DNA from: an uncultured bacterium
GTDB taxonomy: Bacteria; UBP4; UBA4092
Direction of reading: 5' to 3'
DNA: 64,000 nucleotides
NCBI GenBank assembly: GCA_964644695.1
Contig: CAZXWN010000001.1
Span: 1 to 64,000 of the forward strand
The position numbers were made by a program, and so were the translations under genes. The notes under the pieces were generated by a model, which saw nothing but the letters and a program-made list of their open reading frames with translations, did no database searches and had not been told where the DNA came from. Below are positions 18,823 through 28,380 of this stretch, piece by piece. Position 1 is the first letter of the stretch. The number at the start of each line of letters is the position of its first letter.

Positions 18823-20169
18823 TTACCGGGCAAGTGGCAGTAATAGGGCGGCTGTCGATAAGTAAATTGTAATAGTGCATAAATCACTGCCAGTGAGGAC
18901 AAAAGCACTTGATGCCAGTGCTGGGTCAATGCCAAAGGCTTTGAATCCAAGAGGAAAGGCTGTTCCTACCAGGCTGGCGCTGGTGATTGCAAGGATTACC
19001 GAGACTAATAATACCAATCCAACGGTCATATTGCCTAACCATAACCATCCAATTAGTCCCAGAATGATTCCGCTGATTAATCCAAGCGCAAAGCCTATAA
19101 CGACTTCCTTAAATAGAAGTGATTTGAATTCCTGATGGCTACTCTCTCCCATTGCCATACTTCGAATAATTAATGTTGATGTTTGTGTGGCAACCGTTTC
19201 CCCAAGTCCAAGAAGAAGGGGTATGAAGGCTGTCAGGGCAATGACTGCGCTCAATAGGTCTGTGTAACGGCTTAGAAGGAAAGCATTGATCAATCCTCCT
19301 ATAAGGCAGGCTGTTAGCCAGGGTAATCTTAGAGGAACAATCTTAGAAATCGAAGCACCCTGTAATTCTGCCCGTTTAACGCCTGAGATGGTCAATAATT
19401 CATCTTCAGTTAATGATTGTTTCTTTTCCAGTATACTGTCCCGTTGAATCATTCCCAGTAGTCGTTGATTGTTATCTACAACGGGTAAAGCCAAGTATCC
19501 TGTTTCATCAAAGAGTTCATTGATTCGGCTTAAATCATCCTGGTGATTAAGAACAACCGTGCCGGGGGTGTATATATCTTTCAGCAGACTTGTTGGTGAG
19601 GTTGTTACTAATCGACGAATGGGAATGACACCTTTTAACTCATTGTTATCATTGGTGACATACAAGTAGAAAATTGATCCCAATTGTGTGCGGGTGCGGA
19701 TTATATCTAAGGCCTCTTCTACGGTCATGGACTCCTTGAGAGAAACAAAGCGGGTTTCCATTAACATCCCGGCAGAGTTTTCAGGATATTCAAGAATCAT
19801 GTCCAATTGGGATTGGTGTTCTGAATCAAGATGGCTGTATAAAAGGGCTTTATCTTTTCCTTTAAAATAATGGGTCAACTCCTGGACGTCATCTGAATCT
19901 AATGAATCCAGGATTGCCTGTAATTTGGATTGGCTCATTTGATTCATCATTTTACAGGGAGGATTCCCAAACTTAAGACATAATTGAACGACCCGATTGG
20001 CTCTTTCTTGCGAAAGAGCGTTATATACGACCTCCTGTTCTTCTGGTTTCAAGCGTGGAAAGATTCTGACAATTTCTAACAATGGGCGCTGTTTCAGAAG
20101 GTCAGCTAATTCTGGAGGATTATCAAGCAGCGTTTTTATGGATTCAATTAGTCGGATAGGTGATTGCAT
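18823..20169 (-). CDS. mgtE: Magnesium transporter MgtE
   Basis: YPENSAG.LM, CBS pair, RLPWL, FIPL, DPALAS; five C-terminal TM helices. Confidence 0.9.
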   Translation of the reverse strand: MQSPIRLIESIKTLLDNPPELADLLKQRPLLEIVRIFPRLKPEEQEVVYNALSQERANRVVQLCLKFGNPPCKMMNQMSQSKLQAILDSLDSDDVQELTHYFKGKDKALLYSHLDSEHQSQLDMILEYPENSAGMLMETRFVSLKESMTVEEALDIIRTRTQLGSIFYLYVTNDNNELKGVIPIRRLVTTSPTSLLKDIYTPGTVVLNHQDDLSRINELFDETGYLALPVVDNNQRLLGMIQRDSILEKKQSLTEDELLTISGVKRAELQGASISKIVPLRLPWLTACLIGGLINAFLLSRYTDLLSAVIALTAFIPLLLGLGETVATQTSTLIIRSMAMGESSHQEFKSLLFKEVVIGFALGLISGIILGLIGWLWLGNMTVGLVLLVSVILAITSASLVGTAFPLGFKAFGIDPALASSAFVLTGSDLCTITIYLSTAALLLPLAR

Positions 20170-20203
20170 TATTGTTTAAGGATACCAGATTTCATACTAA
20201 AAA

Positions 20204-20239
20204 ATAACCCGTTTTTCTTGTAAGCGAAAAACGGGTTAT
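20204..20239 (-). terminator. Intrinsic terminator after the GHL10 pair
   Basis: 14-bp stem ATAACCCGTTTTTC/GAAAAACGGGTTAT with a poly-T run on the minus strand. Confidence 0.8.
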
Positions 20240-20246
20240 GGGCACG

Positions 20247-21443
20247 TTATTTGAATTGTTTCCAGGTTAATTCTGGCGTCAGAGCCTTATTTTTAAAAGG
20301 GCCGGACAGGAGAGCTCTTGCTTTGTCTCCAGCTTCATGGTGGGGGAAAAGACTGTGATAAGCAAAGAAGGTCACACCCTGAGCTCCCATCATGCGGGCA
20401 GTTTCAATTTGTTCAATTAAGTCTTCAGGAGTCTTTATTTGAGATACTCCAATGCCCGGGCAGACAAACCGTCCATGGGCATTATCAATATGATCTTTAT
20501 TCATTGAACGAAAAGATGCCAGATCACTCACATAGGTCATTGTCATAATGATGTCCATAGTTCCTTCTTTCATCCAATCTCTGGCACTGGAGTAATGAAT
20601 AAATCGGGCATTAGCACTTTTACCCACAACAGCTGCAGTAACGGCTACATGAGGGTTGATTGCAGTGACGGAATTGTAGGTTTTCCTAACCACAGAAGAA
20701 ACATTATCTCTACGGAACTGGTCCCATGCTTCTGGTGCTTCATCTGGTGTATTCCCCGTTTGTTTCTTGAATCGGCTGAGACTGATTGAGTCGTATGAAT
20801 AATCTCCTATCTCGCCGGGATGCCGCACATAATCAAAATGAATCCCATCAACAGCATAGTTCTGAACTACTTCCGTATAAACATCTCTCAAGTAATCCTG
20901 AACAGCCGGGATACCCGGACTGATGAATCGATACCATCCAAGATTCTTTCCCTGGGGTTCCATAATGCTTCCATTTTTATCCACCATGAACCAATCCCGA
21001 TGTGTATTCCATAATTGTGGGACATTTGCAGGTGGATCAGTAACTCCCTGCCAAGCTGGAAAAGTATTCAACCAGGCATAGATCAACATTTGTCTGGAAT
21101 GAGCTTCGTCTATGGCAACCTGTAACGGGTCCCATCCTGGATTCTCTCCCAGTTTATCGGGGCTTCCGCTTAATTCCCATGCCCATGGTTCTATCTTGGA
21201 ATCATAATAGACCGTTCCATTTCCTCTAACTTGGAATAAGATGACATTCAAATTATAATCAGCGCAGTTCTGTATGATTTTCTGAATGTCTTCAGGTGAT
21301 TTATAACTCCCCCTTGTGACCCATATAGCTCTGATCTCAGTATCTATAGAGGTTGTTTGTAATGGAGGAGCCTCTATTGCATATGCTGAGATGGTTATAA
21401 AAGTACATAGCATAAAATTGAACATGAAGTGCATAGTTTTCAT
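20247..21443 (-). CDS. GHL10 (YddW/DigH-like) glycoside hydrolase with signal peptide
   Basis: EIRAIWV, FQVRGNG..YY.S..EPW, WDPL...I.EAH and DGIHFDYVR.P motifs. Confidence 0.85.
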   Translation of the reverse strand: MKTMHFMFNFMLCTFITISAYAIEAPPLQTTSIDTEIRAIWVTRGSYKSPEDIQKIIQNCADYNLNVILFQVRGNGTVYYDSKIEPWAWELSGSPDKLGENPGWDPLQVAIDEAHSRQMLIYAWLNTFPAWQGVTDPPANVPQLWNTHRDWFMVDKNGSIMEPQGKNLGWYRFISPGIPAVQDYLRDVYTEVVQNYAVDGIHFDYVRHPGEIGDYSYDSISLSRFKKQTGNTPDEAPEAWDQFRRDNVSSVVRKTYNSVTAINPHVAVTAAVVGKSANARFIHYSSARDWMKEGTMDIIMTMTYVSDLASFRSMNKDHIDNAHGRFVCPGIGVSQIKTPEDLIEQIETARMMGAQGVTFFAYHSLFPHHEAGDKARALLSGPFKNKALTPELTWKQFK

Positions 21444-21464
21444 TTATTCAACCCTCATTAACAA

Positions 21465-22520
21465 TTAACAAAATATGGATGCAAATGCTTCTGCAGATGT
21501 ATTTGCTTTGTTTTTGGGGAACAATCCCTTGTACGCAAACACTGCAACTCCAGGAGCCTTCATTGTCTTTACTGCTTTGCATTGTGCTTCAAAATAGGGT
21601 TTCGCAACCGTGGTCTCATCCCACAGTAGTCCAATTGCGGGAGCAATAGCTGCTTTATGGGAATGTTTTAGATGTAGGGTATTCCATAGTTTAAACAGGT
21701 CTGTATTGGGGGTGTAGGTCATGGGTGTCATCAAATCAAGAATTCCTTCTTCCAACCATTTCCAGGAGTCCTGATAAAAACGAGAATACCCATTGTAATA
21801 TGAGTTCCATGTGGCGGCGGATACGGTAACGGAAGGTTTCAGTTTTTTAGTTCCTTGATAGATTCGCCGAACTAAATCTGTCACGGCATCCCGTTTGTAC
21901 TGGCTCCAGAGTTCGGGTGATTCTATTGGATGGACCTTGTGTTTTTGCTGGAATATTTTGATGCTGACAGGATCAAGAGAGTATTCACCGAGGTCATTGT
22001 AATACCGGACATAATCAAGATGAATTCCATCAATGGCATAATCTTTTACAACTTGTAAAAAGACTTTTTCCAAATAATCACGGACTGCGGGAATCCCCGG
22101 GCAGACTGTAACATAGTCTTCACCTAAAGGTTGATATTCTCCCCCTTCATTCCGACCAAACCAATTCTTATGAGTAGTATAGACTTGTCTAATATTTGAC
22201 GGAGGAGGAGTCTTTCCTCTCCACCCAGGGTAAACATTTAAGTAGGCATGTAATTTCACATTATAAAGATTAGCCGCATCAATTGCTGTCTGGAGTGGGT
22301 CCCAGCCTGGATATTGCCCTAATGCTGAAGGGTCTTTTCCCGTTAATTCCCATGCCCATGGTTCATATTTTGATTCATAATATGCCGTAGCATTTCCTCG
22401 AACTTGAAAGAAAATATTATTAAATCCATATTCAGAACAGTTACGTATGATTTTCTCAACATCACCCGGACTCTTAAAATCCCATCGGGTTACCCATATG
22501 GCTTTCATATCAGTTGGCAT
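21465..22520 (-). CDS. GHL10 (YddW/DigH-like) glycoside hydrolase, no signal peptide
   Basis: KAIWVTRW, FQVRGN, WDPL and DGIHLDYVRY motifs; GAGGAAGGA RBS before the ATG at 22520. Confidence 0.85.
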   Translation of the reverse strand: MPTDMKAIWVTRWDFKSPGDVEKIIRNCSEYGFNNIFFQVRGNATAYYESKYEPWAWELTGKDPSALGQYPGWDPLQTAIDAANLYNVKLHAYLNVYPGWRGKTPPPSNIRQVYTTHKNWFGRNEGGEYQPLGEDYVTVCPGIPAVRDYLEKVFLQVVKDYAIDGIHLDYVRYYNDLGEYSLDPVSIKIFQQKHKVHPIESPELWSQYKRDAVTDLVRRIYQGTKKLKPSVTVSAATWNSYYNGYSRFYQDSWKWLEEGILDLMTPMTYTPNTDLFKLWNTLHLKHSHKAAIAPAIGLLWDETTVAKPYFEAQCKAVKTMKAPGVAVFAYKGLFPKNKANTSAEAFASIFC

Positions 22521-22666
22521 AATTGACACGTCCTTCCTCAAAGAATTGATTGTCCTCAAATTAACATAACTGCATGAAAATGAAAACAAGAATTGACTAA
22601 TCATCTTCTGATGAACATTTCCTGAACATTTTATATCTGATATAATTTATAACTCAACCTGATGAT

Positions 22667-22741
22667 GGCCCCATCGTCTAACGGTCAGGACACCAGATTC
22701 TCAATCTGGGTATAGGGGTTCGATTCCCCTTGGGGCTACCA
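22667..22741 (+). tRNA. tRNA-Glu (anticodon CTC)
   Basis: Acceptor GGCCCCA/TGGGGCT, D-arm GTC/GAC, anticodon arm CCAGA-TTCTCAA-TCTGG, T-arm AGGGG-TTCGATT-CCCCT, encoded CCA; extended -10 TGATATAAT at 22638-22646. Confidence 0.96.
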
Positions 22742-22788
22742 TATCTTCACAAATCCCCTCAAATCACCCATTCATAAGGACTCTTTGA

Positions 22789-22817
22789 TTGCGGTATTAT
22801 CCAAGAGTTGATAAAAT
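22789..22817 (+). promoter_or_regulatory. Putative sigma70 promoter of ilvB
   Basis: TTGCGG-17 bp-TAAAAT with a TGn extension. Confidence 0.5.
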
Positions 22818-22871
22818 GACTGTATAGAATAGCCCCCATAGACTTATGGGGCTATTTCGCATATATAGAGG

Positions 22872-24659
22872 GTGATGCTTATGTCTGCAACTAAAGATGC
22901 ACCAGCCGGAACCCTAACAGGGTCTGAATCGGCTAAAATCAAGAAGTCAGGTGGAGAAATCCTGATTGAATCTCTGATCCGAGAAGGTGTCCATACAGTA
23001 TTTGGTGTTCCCGGTGGTGCTTTCCTTCCTACCTATGATGTCCTTCCGAAATATAGTAAACAACTTCGCCATGTCCTGGTTGCCCATGAACAGGGTGGTG
23101 CACATGCTGCTGAGGGTTTTGCTCGTGCCAGCGGAAAAGTTGGCGTTTGTTTTGCAACCTCAGGTCCTGGGGCAACAAACCTGGTAACAGGCATTGCCGA
23201 TGCACGGATGGATTCTACCCCCATGGTTGCCATTACAGCTCAGGTTGCCAGTAATCTGTTAGGTTCCGATGCTTTCCAAGAAACGGATATTGTCGGTATT
23301 ACACGAAACATTACGAAGCAAAACTACCTGGTTCATAAAACAGAAGATTTAGGTCGTGTTCTCAAAGAAGCTTTTTATATCGCATCAACAGGCCGTCCTG
23401 GTCCAGTATTGGTGGATATTCCCAAAGATGTCCAGGCAAATAAAGTCATTCCCAATATCCCAGATAAAGTAACGATGCGGGGATATAACCCTGAATACCC
23501 TATTGATTTCAGCCAAATGGAACGTGCGGCAGAAATGATTCGTAAAGCCAAGCGGCCCTGTATTTATGCTGGTGGTGGAGTTATCAGTGGTGAAGCTTCC
23601 AAGGAACTCTATGATTTTGCGGTCAAGACGAATATTCCTGTTACCACAACCTTGATGGGGTTGGGTGCTTTCCCTGAAAACCATCCTCTGTCATTGAAAT
23701 GGCCAGGCATGCATGGAGCTGTTTATGCGACCTTCGCGATGAATAATGCGGATGTGTTGATTACAGTGGGTGCCCGTTTTGATGACCGAGTGACTGGGAA
23801 ATTATCTGATTTTGCACCGGGCACGACAATCATTCACATTGATATTGATGCTTCAGAACTCAATAAAAATCGGAAAGCTAATTTGCCGATTCAGGGCAAT
23901 GTTAAAGATGCGCTTCGTTCTTTAACTGAGATTGTTCAGCCGGGTGATTATAAGGAATGGCACGAAACAATTACCCGTTGGAAACAACAATTCCCCTTCT
24001 ATTATGAATACAGTGATACAGTGATTAAACCGCAGTGGGCTATTGAGAGCCTTCATCAGGTGACGGAAGGAAAAGCTATTATTGCTACGGGCGTTGGTCA
24101 ACATCAAATGTGGACCGGTCAATTCTATACCTTCACTAAACCGCGTACATTTGTTTCCTCTTTGGGATTGGCGACCATGGGTTATGGTCTTCCTGCGGCA
24201 ATTGGTGCTCAGATGGCAATGCCGAATGACCTCGTTATTGATATTGATGGTGATGGTTCATTCCTGATGACCTGTCATGAATTGTGCACGATTGGTCGTG
24301 AGGGATTACCCGTAAAAGCGATGATTATGAATAATCATCATCTGGGGATGGTTCGCCAGTGGCAGGATGACTTCTATGCGCAAAACTATTGTGCCACTTA
24401 CCTTGGAAAAACGGATGAAGTGGATTATCCAATGAACGCAGATATTGCGAAGGCGTTTGGGATTCCCAGCAAGCGAGTTTCCAAGCCAGCTGATTTGAAA
24501 AAAGCAATTGAGGAAATGATTACTTTTAATGGTCCGTATGTTCTGGAAGTCATGGTTGACCCGAAAGAAAAGGTATTACCAATAATGCCTCCGGGTGCAT
24601 CCTGGAGAGATGTTATCTATAAATCATCGGATTTGGATAAATACCTTTCACGAAAATAA
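22872..24659 (+). CDS. ilvB: Acetolactate synthase large subunit (start may be 22875 or 22881)
   Basis: HEQGG.H.AEG.AR, ATSGPGATNL, DAFQE, GRPGPVLVDIPKD, GVGQHQMW, ThDP motif GDGSF and LGMVRQWQ. Confidence 0.95.
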   Translation: MMLMSATKDAPAGTLTGSESAKIKKSGGEILIESLIREGVHTVFGVPGGAFLPTYDVLPKYSKQLRHVLVAHEQGGAHAAEGFARASGKVGVCFATSGPGATNLVTGIADARMDSTPMVAITAQVASNLLGSDAFQETDIVGITRNITKQNYLVHKTEDLGRVLKEAFYIASTGRPGPVLVDIPKDVQANKVIPNIPDKVTMRGYNPEYPIDFSQMERAAEMIRKAKRPCIYAGGGVISGEASKELYDFAVKTNIPVTTTLMGLGAFPENHPLSLKWPGMHGAVYATFAMNNADVLITVGARFDDRVTGKLSDFAPGTTIIHIDIDASELNKNRKANLPIQGNVKDALRSLTEIVQPGDYKEWHETITRWKQQFPFYYEYSDTVIKPQWAIESLHQVTEGKAIIATGVGQHQMWTGQFYTFTKPRTFVSSLGLATMGYGLPAAIGAQMAMPNDLVIDIDGDGSFLMTCHELCTIGREGLPVKAMIMNNHHLGMVRQWQDDFYAQNYCATYLGKTDEVDYPMNADIAKAFGIPSKRVSKPADLKKAIEEMITFNGPYVLEVMVDPKEKVLPIMPPGASWRDVIYKSSDLDKYLSRK

Positions 24660-24671
24660 TGAAAGAAAATC

Positions 24672-24709
24672 AAAAGCCCTTGCAGAGATAATCTGCAAGG
24701 GCTTTTTTT
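24672..24709. terminator. Bidirectional intrinsic terminator between ilvB and nuoI
   Basis: Perfect stem AAAAGCCCTTGCAGA/TCTGCAAGGGCTTTT with A- and T-runs on either side. Confidence 0.88.
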
Positions 24710-24722
24710 ATTTAGCAATTAT

Positions 24723-25322
24723 TTATTGATTATCTGGAGATGATGAATCTGTCTTAGCGGATTCTGCCGCAGGTGTCTGGGGAGACGCTATAACGGGTGT
24801 TGCAGGCTTGGCTGCGGCCTGAGCTGATTTCTTAGCGGCTTCTTCAATGGCTGCAATTTCACGAGCACGTTCATAAGGTATCCAGTTTTCCTGTTTAGAA
24901 TAGACATGGAAACTGTCTTCACCTGTTTTGACGACAAATTTTACAATCAAGTCTTCTTTAGAGTAAGCTGACCCTTCATATCCGCCTTCCATGGATAATG
25001 ATTCTGTCGGGCAGGCCTCAGTACAAAGGCCGCAGAACATACAGGTCTGGATATCAATGTCAAACTGATGTGCATGGAATTTCTTATCTTCACCGCGGAC
25101 TTTTTTAATAGAAATACATTGGACCGGGCAAACTTTAGCACATAATTCACAGACGATACAGCGGGGGACATCATTGATCAACATTCCTCGAAACCTTTTA
25201 TTGAAAGGTTTATGAACTTCAGGATACTGAAGCGTATTGGTCTTTTTTAATGAATATTTGAAGGGGATCCACATGCCTTTAGGCAAACTGAGGGTACCTT
25301 CAATAAATTTCTTAAGGGACAT
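24723..25322 (-). CDS. nuoI: Complex I subunit I (2x[4Fe-4S]) with Ala/Pro-rich C-terminal tail
   Basis: TLQYPE......RFRG, CIVCELCAKVCP and CMFCGLCTEACP motifs. Confidence 0.9.
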   Translation of the reverse strand: MSLKKFIEGTLSLPKGMWIPFKYSLKKTNTLQYPEVHKPFNKRFRGMLINDVPRCIVCELCAKVCPVQCISIKKVRGEDKKFHAHQFDIDIQTCMFCGLCTEACPTESLSMEGGYEGSAYSKEDLIVKFVVKTGEDSFHVYSKQENWIPYERAREIAAIEEAAKKSAQAAAKPATPVIASPQTPAAESAKTDSSSPDNQ

Positions 25323-25341
25323 TCTGGTATTCCTTTCTTCT

Positions 25342-26496
25342 CTATCGGTCCACGTCACACAGAACGATATCTACACTCCCAAGAATCGCTACCAAGTCCG
25401 CTATCATGGTATTTTTACCTAATACGGGGATTACACTCAAATTACAGAAAGATGGAGACCGTAATCGCATTCGGTATGCCGTTTCTCCTCCATCACTGAT
25501 AATGTAATATCCGATTTCTCCGCGGGGCGATTCAGTGCGGGCAAATGCTTCACCTTTAGGGAGTTTCAATACCCGGGGCAGTTTTGCCTTTACAGGGCCT
25601 TCAGGGATTGATTTAAGCGCTTGCCGAATAATCTTCACGGACTCTTCCATTTCTCTGATTCTGACGATGTATCTGTCCCAACAATCTCCGACAGAACCTT
25701 TTTCGCCATGCCCCACAATGACATCAAAATCAAAACGATCGTATATGGAGTAGGGATCATCACGCCGTAAATCCCATTTCACACCGGAACCACGCAGGAA
25801 AGGACCACTGCAGCCATAATTGATGGCTAATTCAGGCGTTAATATGCCGATATTGGCGGTTCGGTTGATGAAAATAACATTTTCAGATAGAAGCTGATTG
25901 TATTCAGCAATTTTGGGGTCAAAATAACTTAAGAAATCTTCGACACCTTTGAGCCATCCATCGGGTGCATCCCAGGCGACTCCGCCGATTCTTACATAGT
26001 TGTATGTTAATCGGGCACCGCATAACTCATCAAACAAGTCTAAAATACGTTCTCGTTCACGGAAGCAATGGAGCAGGGGAGTGAATGCTCCCATATCCAG
26101 TCCAAATACACCCGTAACCAGCAAATGGCTGGCTATCCGGTTTAATTCGGCGACAATGACCCGGAGATAGTCAGCTCGTTCAGGAATTTCACATTGAAGG
26201 ATTTTCTCAACGGCGACGGCATAACCCAGATTATCGTTCATGGCTGCGCAGTAGTCTTTACGATCGGTATATGGGACAAAACCAGGCCAGGTAACATGTT
26301 CGCCCAGTTTTTCAGCGCATCGGTGCATATATCCAATAACAGGATCGACGGACCGGACTGTTTCACCGTCCACTTTCAGTTTGAGGCGCAGAACTCCGTG
26401 CGTTGACGGGTGCTGCGGACCCATATTAAGTTCCATTTCTTCAGTTTCGAAGTCTTCGTAATATTTGATAGCGTTTTGAATATCAATCTCAGCCAT
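25342..26496 (-). CDS. nuoD: Complex I subunit D
   Basis: NMGPQHPSTHGVLRL, GYMHR, ELNRIASHL, ESPRGE and C-terminal DIVLCDVDR; no NiFe CxxC pairs. Confidence 0.95.
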   Translation of the reverse strand: MAEIDIQNAIKYYEDFETEEMELNMGPQHPSTHGVLRLKLKVDGETVRSVDPVIGYMHRCAEKLGEHVTWPGFVPYTDRKDYCAAMNDNLGYAVAVEKILQCEIPERADYLRVIVAELNRIASHLLVTGVFGLDMGAFTPLLHCFRERERILDLFDELCGARLTYNYVRIGGVAWDAPDGWLKGVEDFLSYFDPKIAEYNQLLSENVIFINRTANIGILTPELAINYGCSGPFLRGSGVKWDLRRDDPYSIYDRFDFDVIVGHGEKGSVGDCWDRYIVRIREMEESVKIIRQALKSIPEGPVKAKLPRVLKLPKGEAFARTESPRGEIGYYIISDGGETAYRMRLRSPSFCNLSVIPVLGKNTMIADLVAILGSVDIVLCDVDR

Positions 26497-26508
26497 GATA
26501 GGTGTTCC

Positions 26509-26985
26509 TTAATTCCACTTCACGCCGTGGTATTCTTCGGGGAATTGGTAATCTTTCCGGAGGGGGTGTCCCTTCCAGTCATCGGGCAACAGGATCCTTC
26601 TCAAATCTGGATGTCCCACAAATACGATTCCAAATAAATCATAGGTTTCCCGTTCATGCCAGTTAGCGGCGCCATAAAGCGGGGTAATTGAAGGAACTTT
26701 AGGGGTTTCACGATCCAGATTTGTTTTTACGACCAGGCTGTGATGGTGTTTGATTGACGAAACATGATAAACCATTTCAATCCTGTTCTCAGCCAGCCAG
26801 TCAACACCCGTTAATAAATCCAGATAATCCATTTCCAAAGCAGGGTCGTTTTTCAGATAGGTAAAAATATCAGCAACTGAATCTGCCTGAACCACGACAT
26901 AGGGCTGGATAACTTCCAGATTTGATTCAATGATTTTATCGTTAAATTTATTCTGCAGAGTCTGGACGATTTCGTTTGGGGTCAT
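26509..26985 (-). CDS. nuoC: Complex I subunit C
   Basis: [37 protein letters not shown] motif. Confidence 0.95.
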   Translation of the reverse strand: MTPNEIVQTLQNKFNDKIIESNLEVIQPYVVVQADSVADIFTYLKNDPALEMDYLDLLTGVDWLAENRIEMVYHVSSIKHHHSLVVKTNLDRETPKVPSITPLYGAANWHERETYDLFGIVFVGHPDLRRILLPDDWKGHPLRKDYQFPEEYHGVKWN

Positions 26986-27535
26986 AAATCATACTCTCGC
27001 GTTTAGTTAATTCTTTACCTTGGATTTTTTCCTGAAGTTTAATCAGGCCTTCGAGTAACTGTTCTGGACGGGGAGGGCATCCGGGGATATAAACATCCAC
27101 CGGGACATATCGATCTACCCCTTTAACAACATGGTATCCATGAAGGGCGTAAGGTCCTCCATTGGTAGCACATCCACCCATGGCGATTACATATTTGGGG
27201 GCCGGCATTTGTTCATATAACCGTCGAACACGGTCTCCCATTTTAAAGGTGACCGTACCTGCCACAATCATCAAATCCGCCTGGCGGGGAGAAGAACGAA
27301 ATACTCCAGCACCAAATCGGTCAATATCAAATCTTCCGGCACCGGTGGCAATCATCTCAATCGCACAGCAGGCTAATCCAAACTGGAGCGGCCAGACTGA
27401 TGATGCTTTTGCCCAGTTAAAGACATCCGCAAATGTGGTGAGAATGATTTGATTAGCAATCCGCTGCCCGGGGAATTGAGGGGCCTCGGTTAATTCTTCA
27501 TTTTTAGTCGGGGTATCGTCTTGAGAACCGTTCAT
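26948..27535 (-). CDS. nuoB: Complex I subunit B
   Basis: [10 protein letters not shown] (tandem Cys), [16 protein letters not shown] and [14 protein letters not shown] motifs. Confidence 0.96.
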   Translation of the reverse strand: MNGSQDDTPTKNEELTEAPQFPGQRIANQIILTTFADVFNWAKASSVWPLQFGLACCAIEMIATGAGRFDIDRFGAGVFRSSPRQADLMIVAGTVTFKMGDRVRRLYEQMPAPKYVIAMGGCATNGGPYALHGYHVVKGVDRYVPVDVYIPGCPPRPEQLLEGLIKLQEKIQGKELTKRESMIYDPKRNRPDSAE

Positions 27536-27611
27536 GAGGACGCAACCTTCTTCAATTCAATCAGAAAAAAAGCTGGGCACACGAAGTCCCTGCTTTACTT
27601 TAATATATACT

Positions 27612-27640
27612 AGGATACCAGAGCACCGGGAAACCGTCAA
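27612..27640 (-). promoter_or_regulatory. Putative sigma70 promoter directly upstream of nuoB
   Basis: TTGACG-17 bp-TATCCT with a TGn extension on the minus strand. Confidence 0.6.
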
Positions 27641-27701
27641 TTTCAAGAAGCGAAAACGGTTTAATAATTATGCTGTAACTGCAATATTATCAGAACTATG
27701 A

Positions 27702-28358
27702 TTAGTGTAATCCATTTGCAAGTCCGGGGAAAAGGACTCGAGCACCGGAAGCGATGAATTCAATTGCCATGGCGGCCAGAACGAGACCCATGATACGCGT
27801 GGCAATGTTGAGTTCTGTTTTACCTAACCGACGGCCCATGTTGATGGCAAATCGATATATAACTAAAACGGTGAGAGATACCAGTACCATCATCAGGGAG
27901 AGCATCATCAGGTTTTCAGCACCTCTGTATTTGTCTGCCAGCACGATGGATAGAGTAATCGAGCCGGGACCGCACATCAGTGGAATCCCTAATGGAACCA
28001 CTCCAATGGCTTCACGGTCCAGAACTTCCTCCGCTTCGTCTGGAGTCTGGCGGGCCATGGATTGCCGGGCCTGTAACATCGAAATAGCCATCAAGAGGAT
28101 GAGAATACCACCGCCCACCCTGAAAGCCGGAATCCCAACTCCAAAAAACCATAACAGGTATTGACCCACCCAGGCAGAAACCAATAAGGTGATCCCAATG
28201 GTCAGGGTAGTGATATGAACTGTTTTCCGCTGTTGGGATTTTGTGTATTTCTCGGTAGCACCCAAAAATACAGGGATGATCCCTATGGGATTCAAAATTG
28301 AAATGATCCCGATATAGGCTTTTATAAAGTCCTGCCAGTTTGTTAATGAATCCTGCAT
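27702..28358 (-). CDS. MarC family membrane protein
   Basis: NPIG..PVF, FRVGGG.L, VPLGIPL..GPGSI and TRIMGL.LAA.A.EFI motifs. Confidence 0.93.
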   Translation of the reverse strand: MQDSLTNWQDFIKAYIGIISILNPIGIIPVFLGATEKYTKSQQRKTVHITTLTIGITLLVSAWVGQYLLWFFGVGIPAFRVGGGILILLMAISMLQARQSMARQTPDEAEEVLDREAIGVVPLGIPLMCGPGSITLSIVLADKYRGAENLMMLSLMMVLVSLTVLVIYRFAINMGRRLGKTELNIATRIMGLVLAAMAIEFIASGARVLFPGLANGLH

Positions 28359-28380
28359 ACTCTACCTGTCTGTAAAGGCG

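Noticed and set aside
22667-22790. Integrative element inserted at tRNA-Glu
   Set aside because: No integrase, no duplicate of the tRNA 3' end seen in the window, and housekeeping ilvB follows directly.
25342-27535. Group 4 [NiFe]-hydrogenase
   Set aside because: The large subunit lacks both CxxC Ni-binding motifs; the Cys in DIVLCDVDR does not align with the DPCxxC ligands. The small subunit has the complex I tandem CC.
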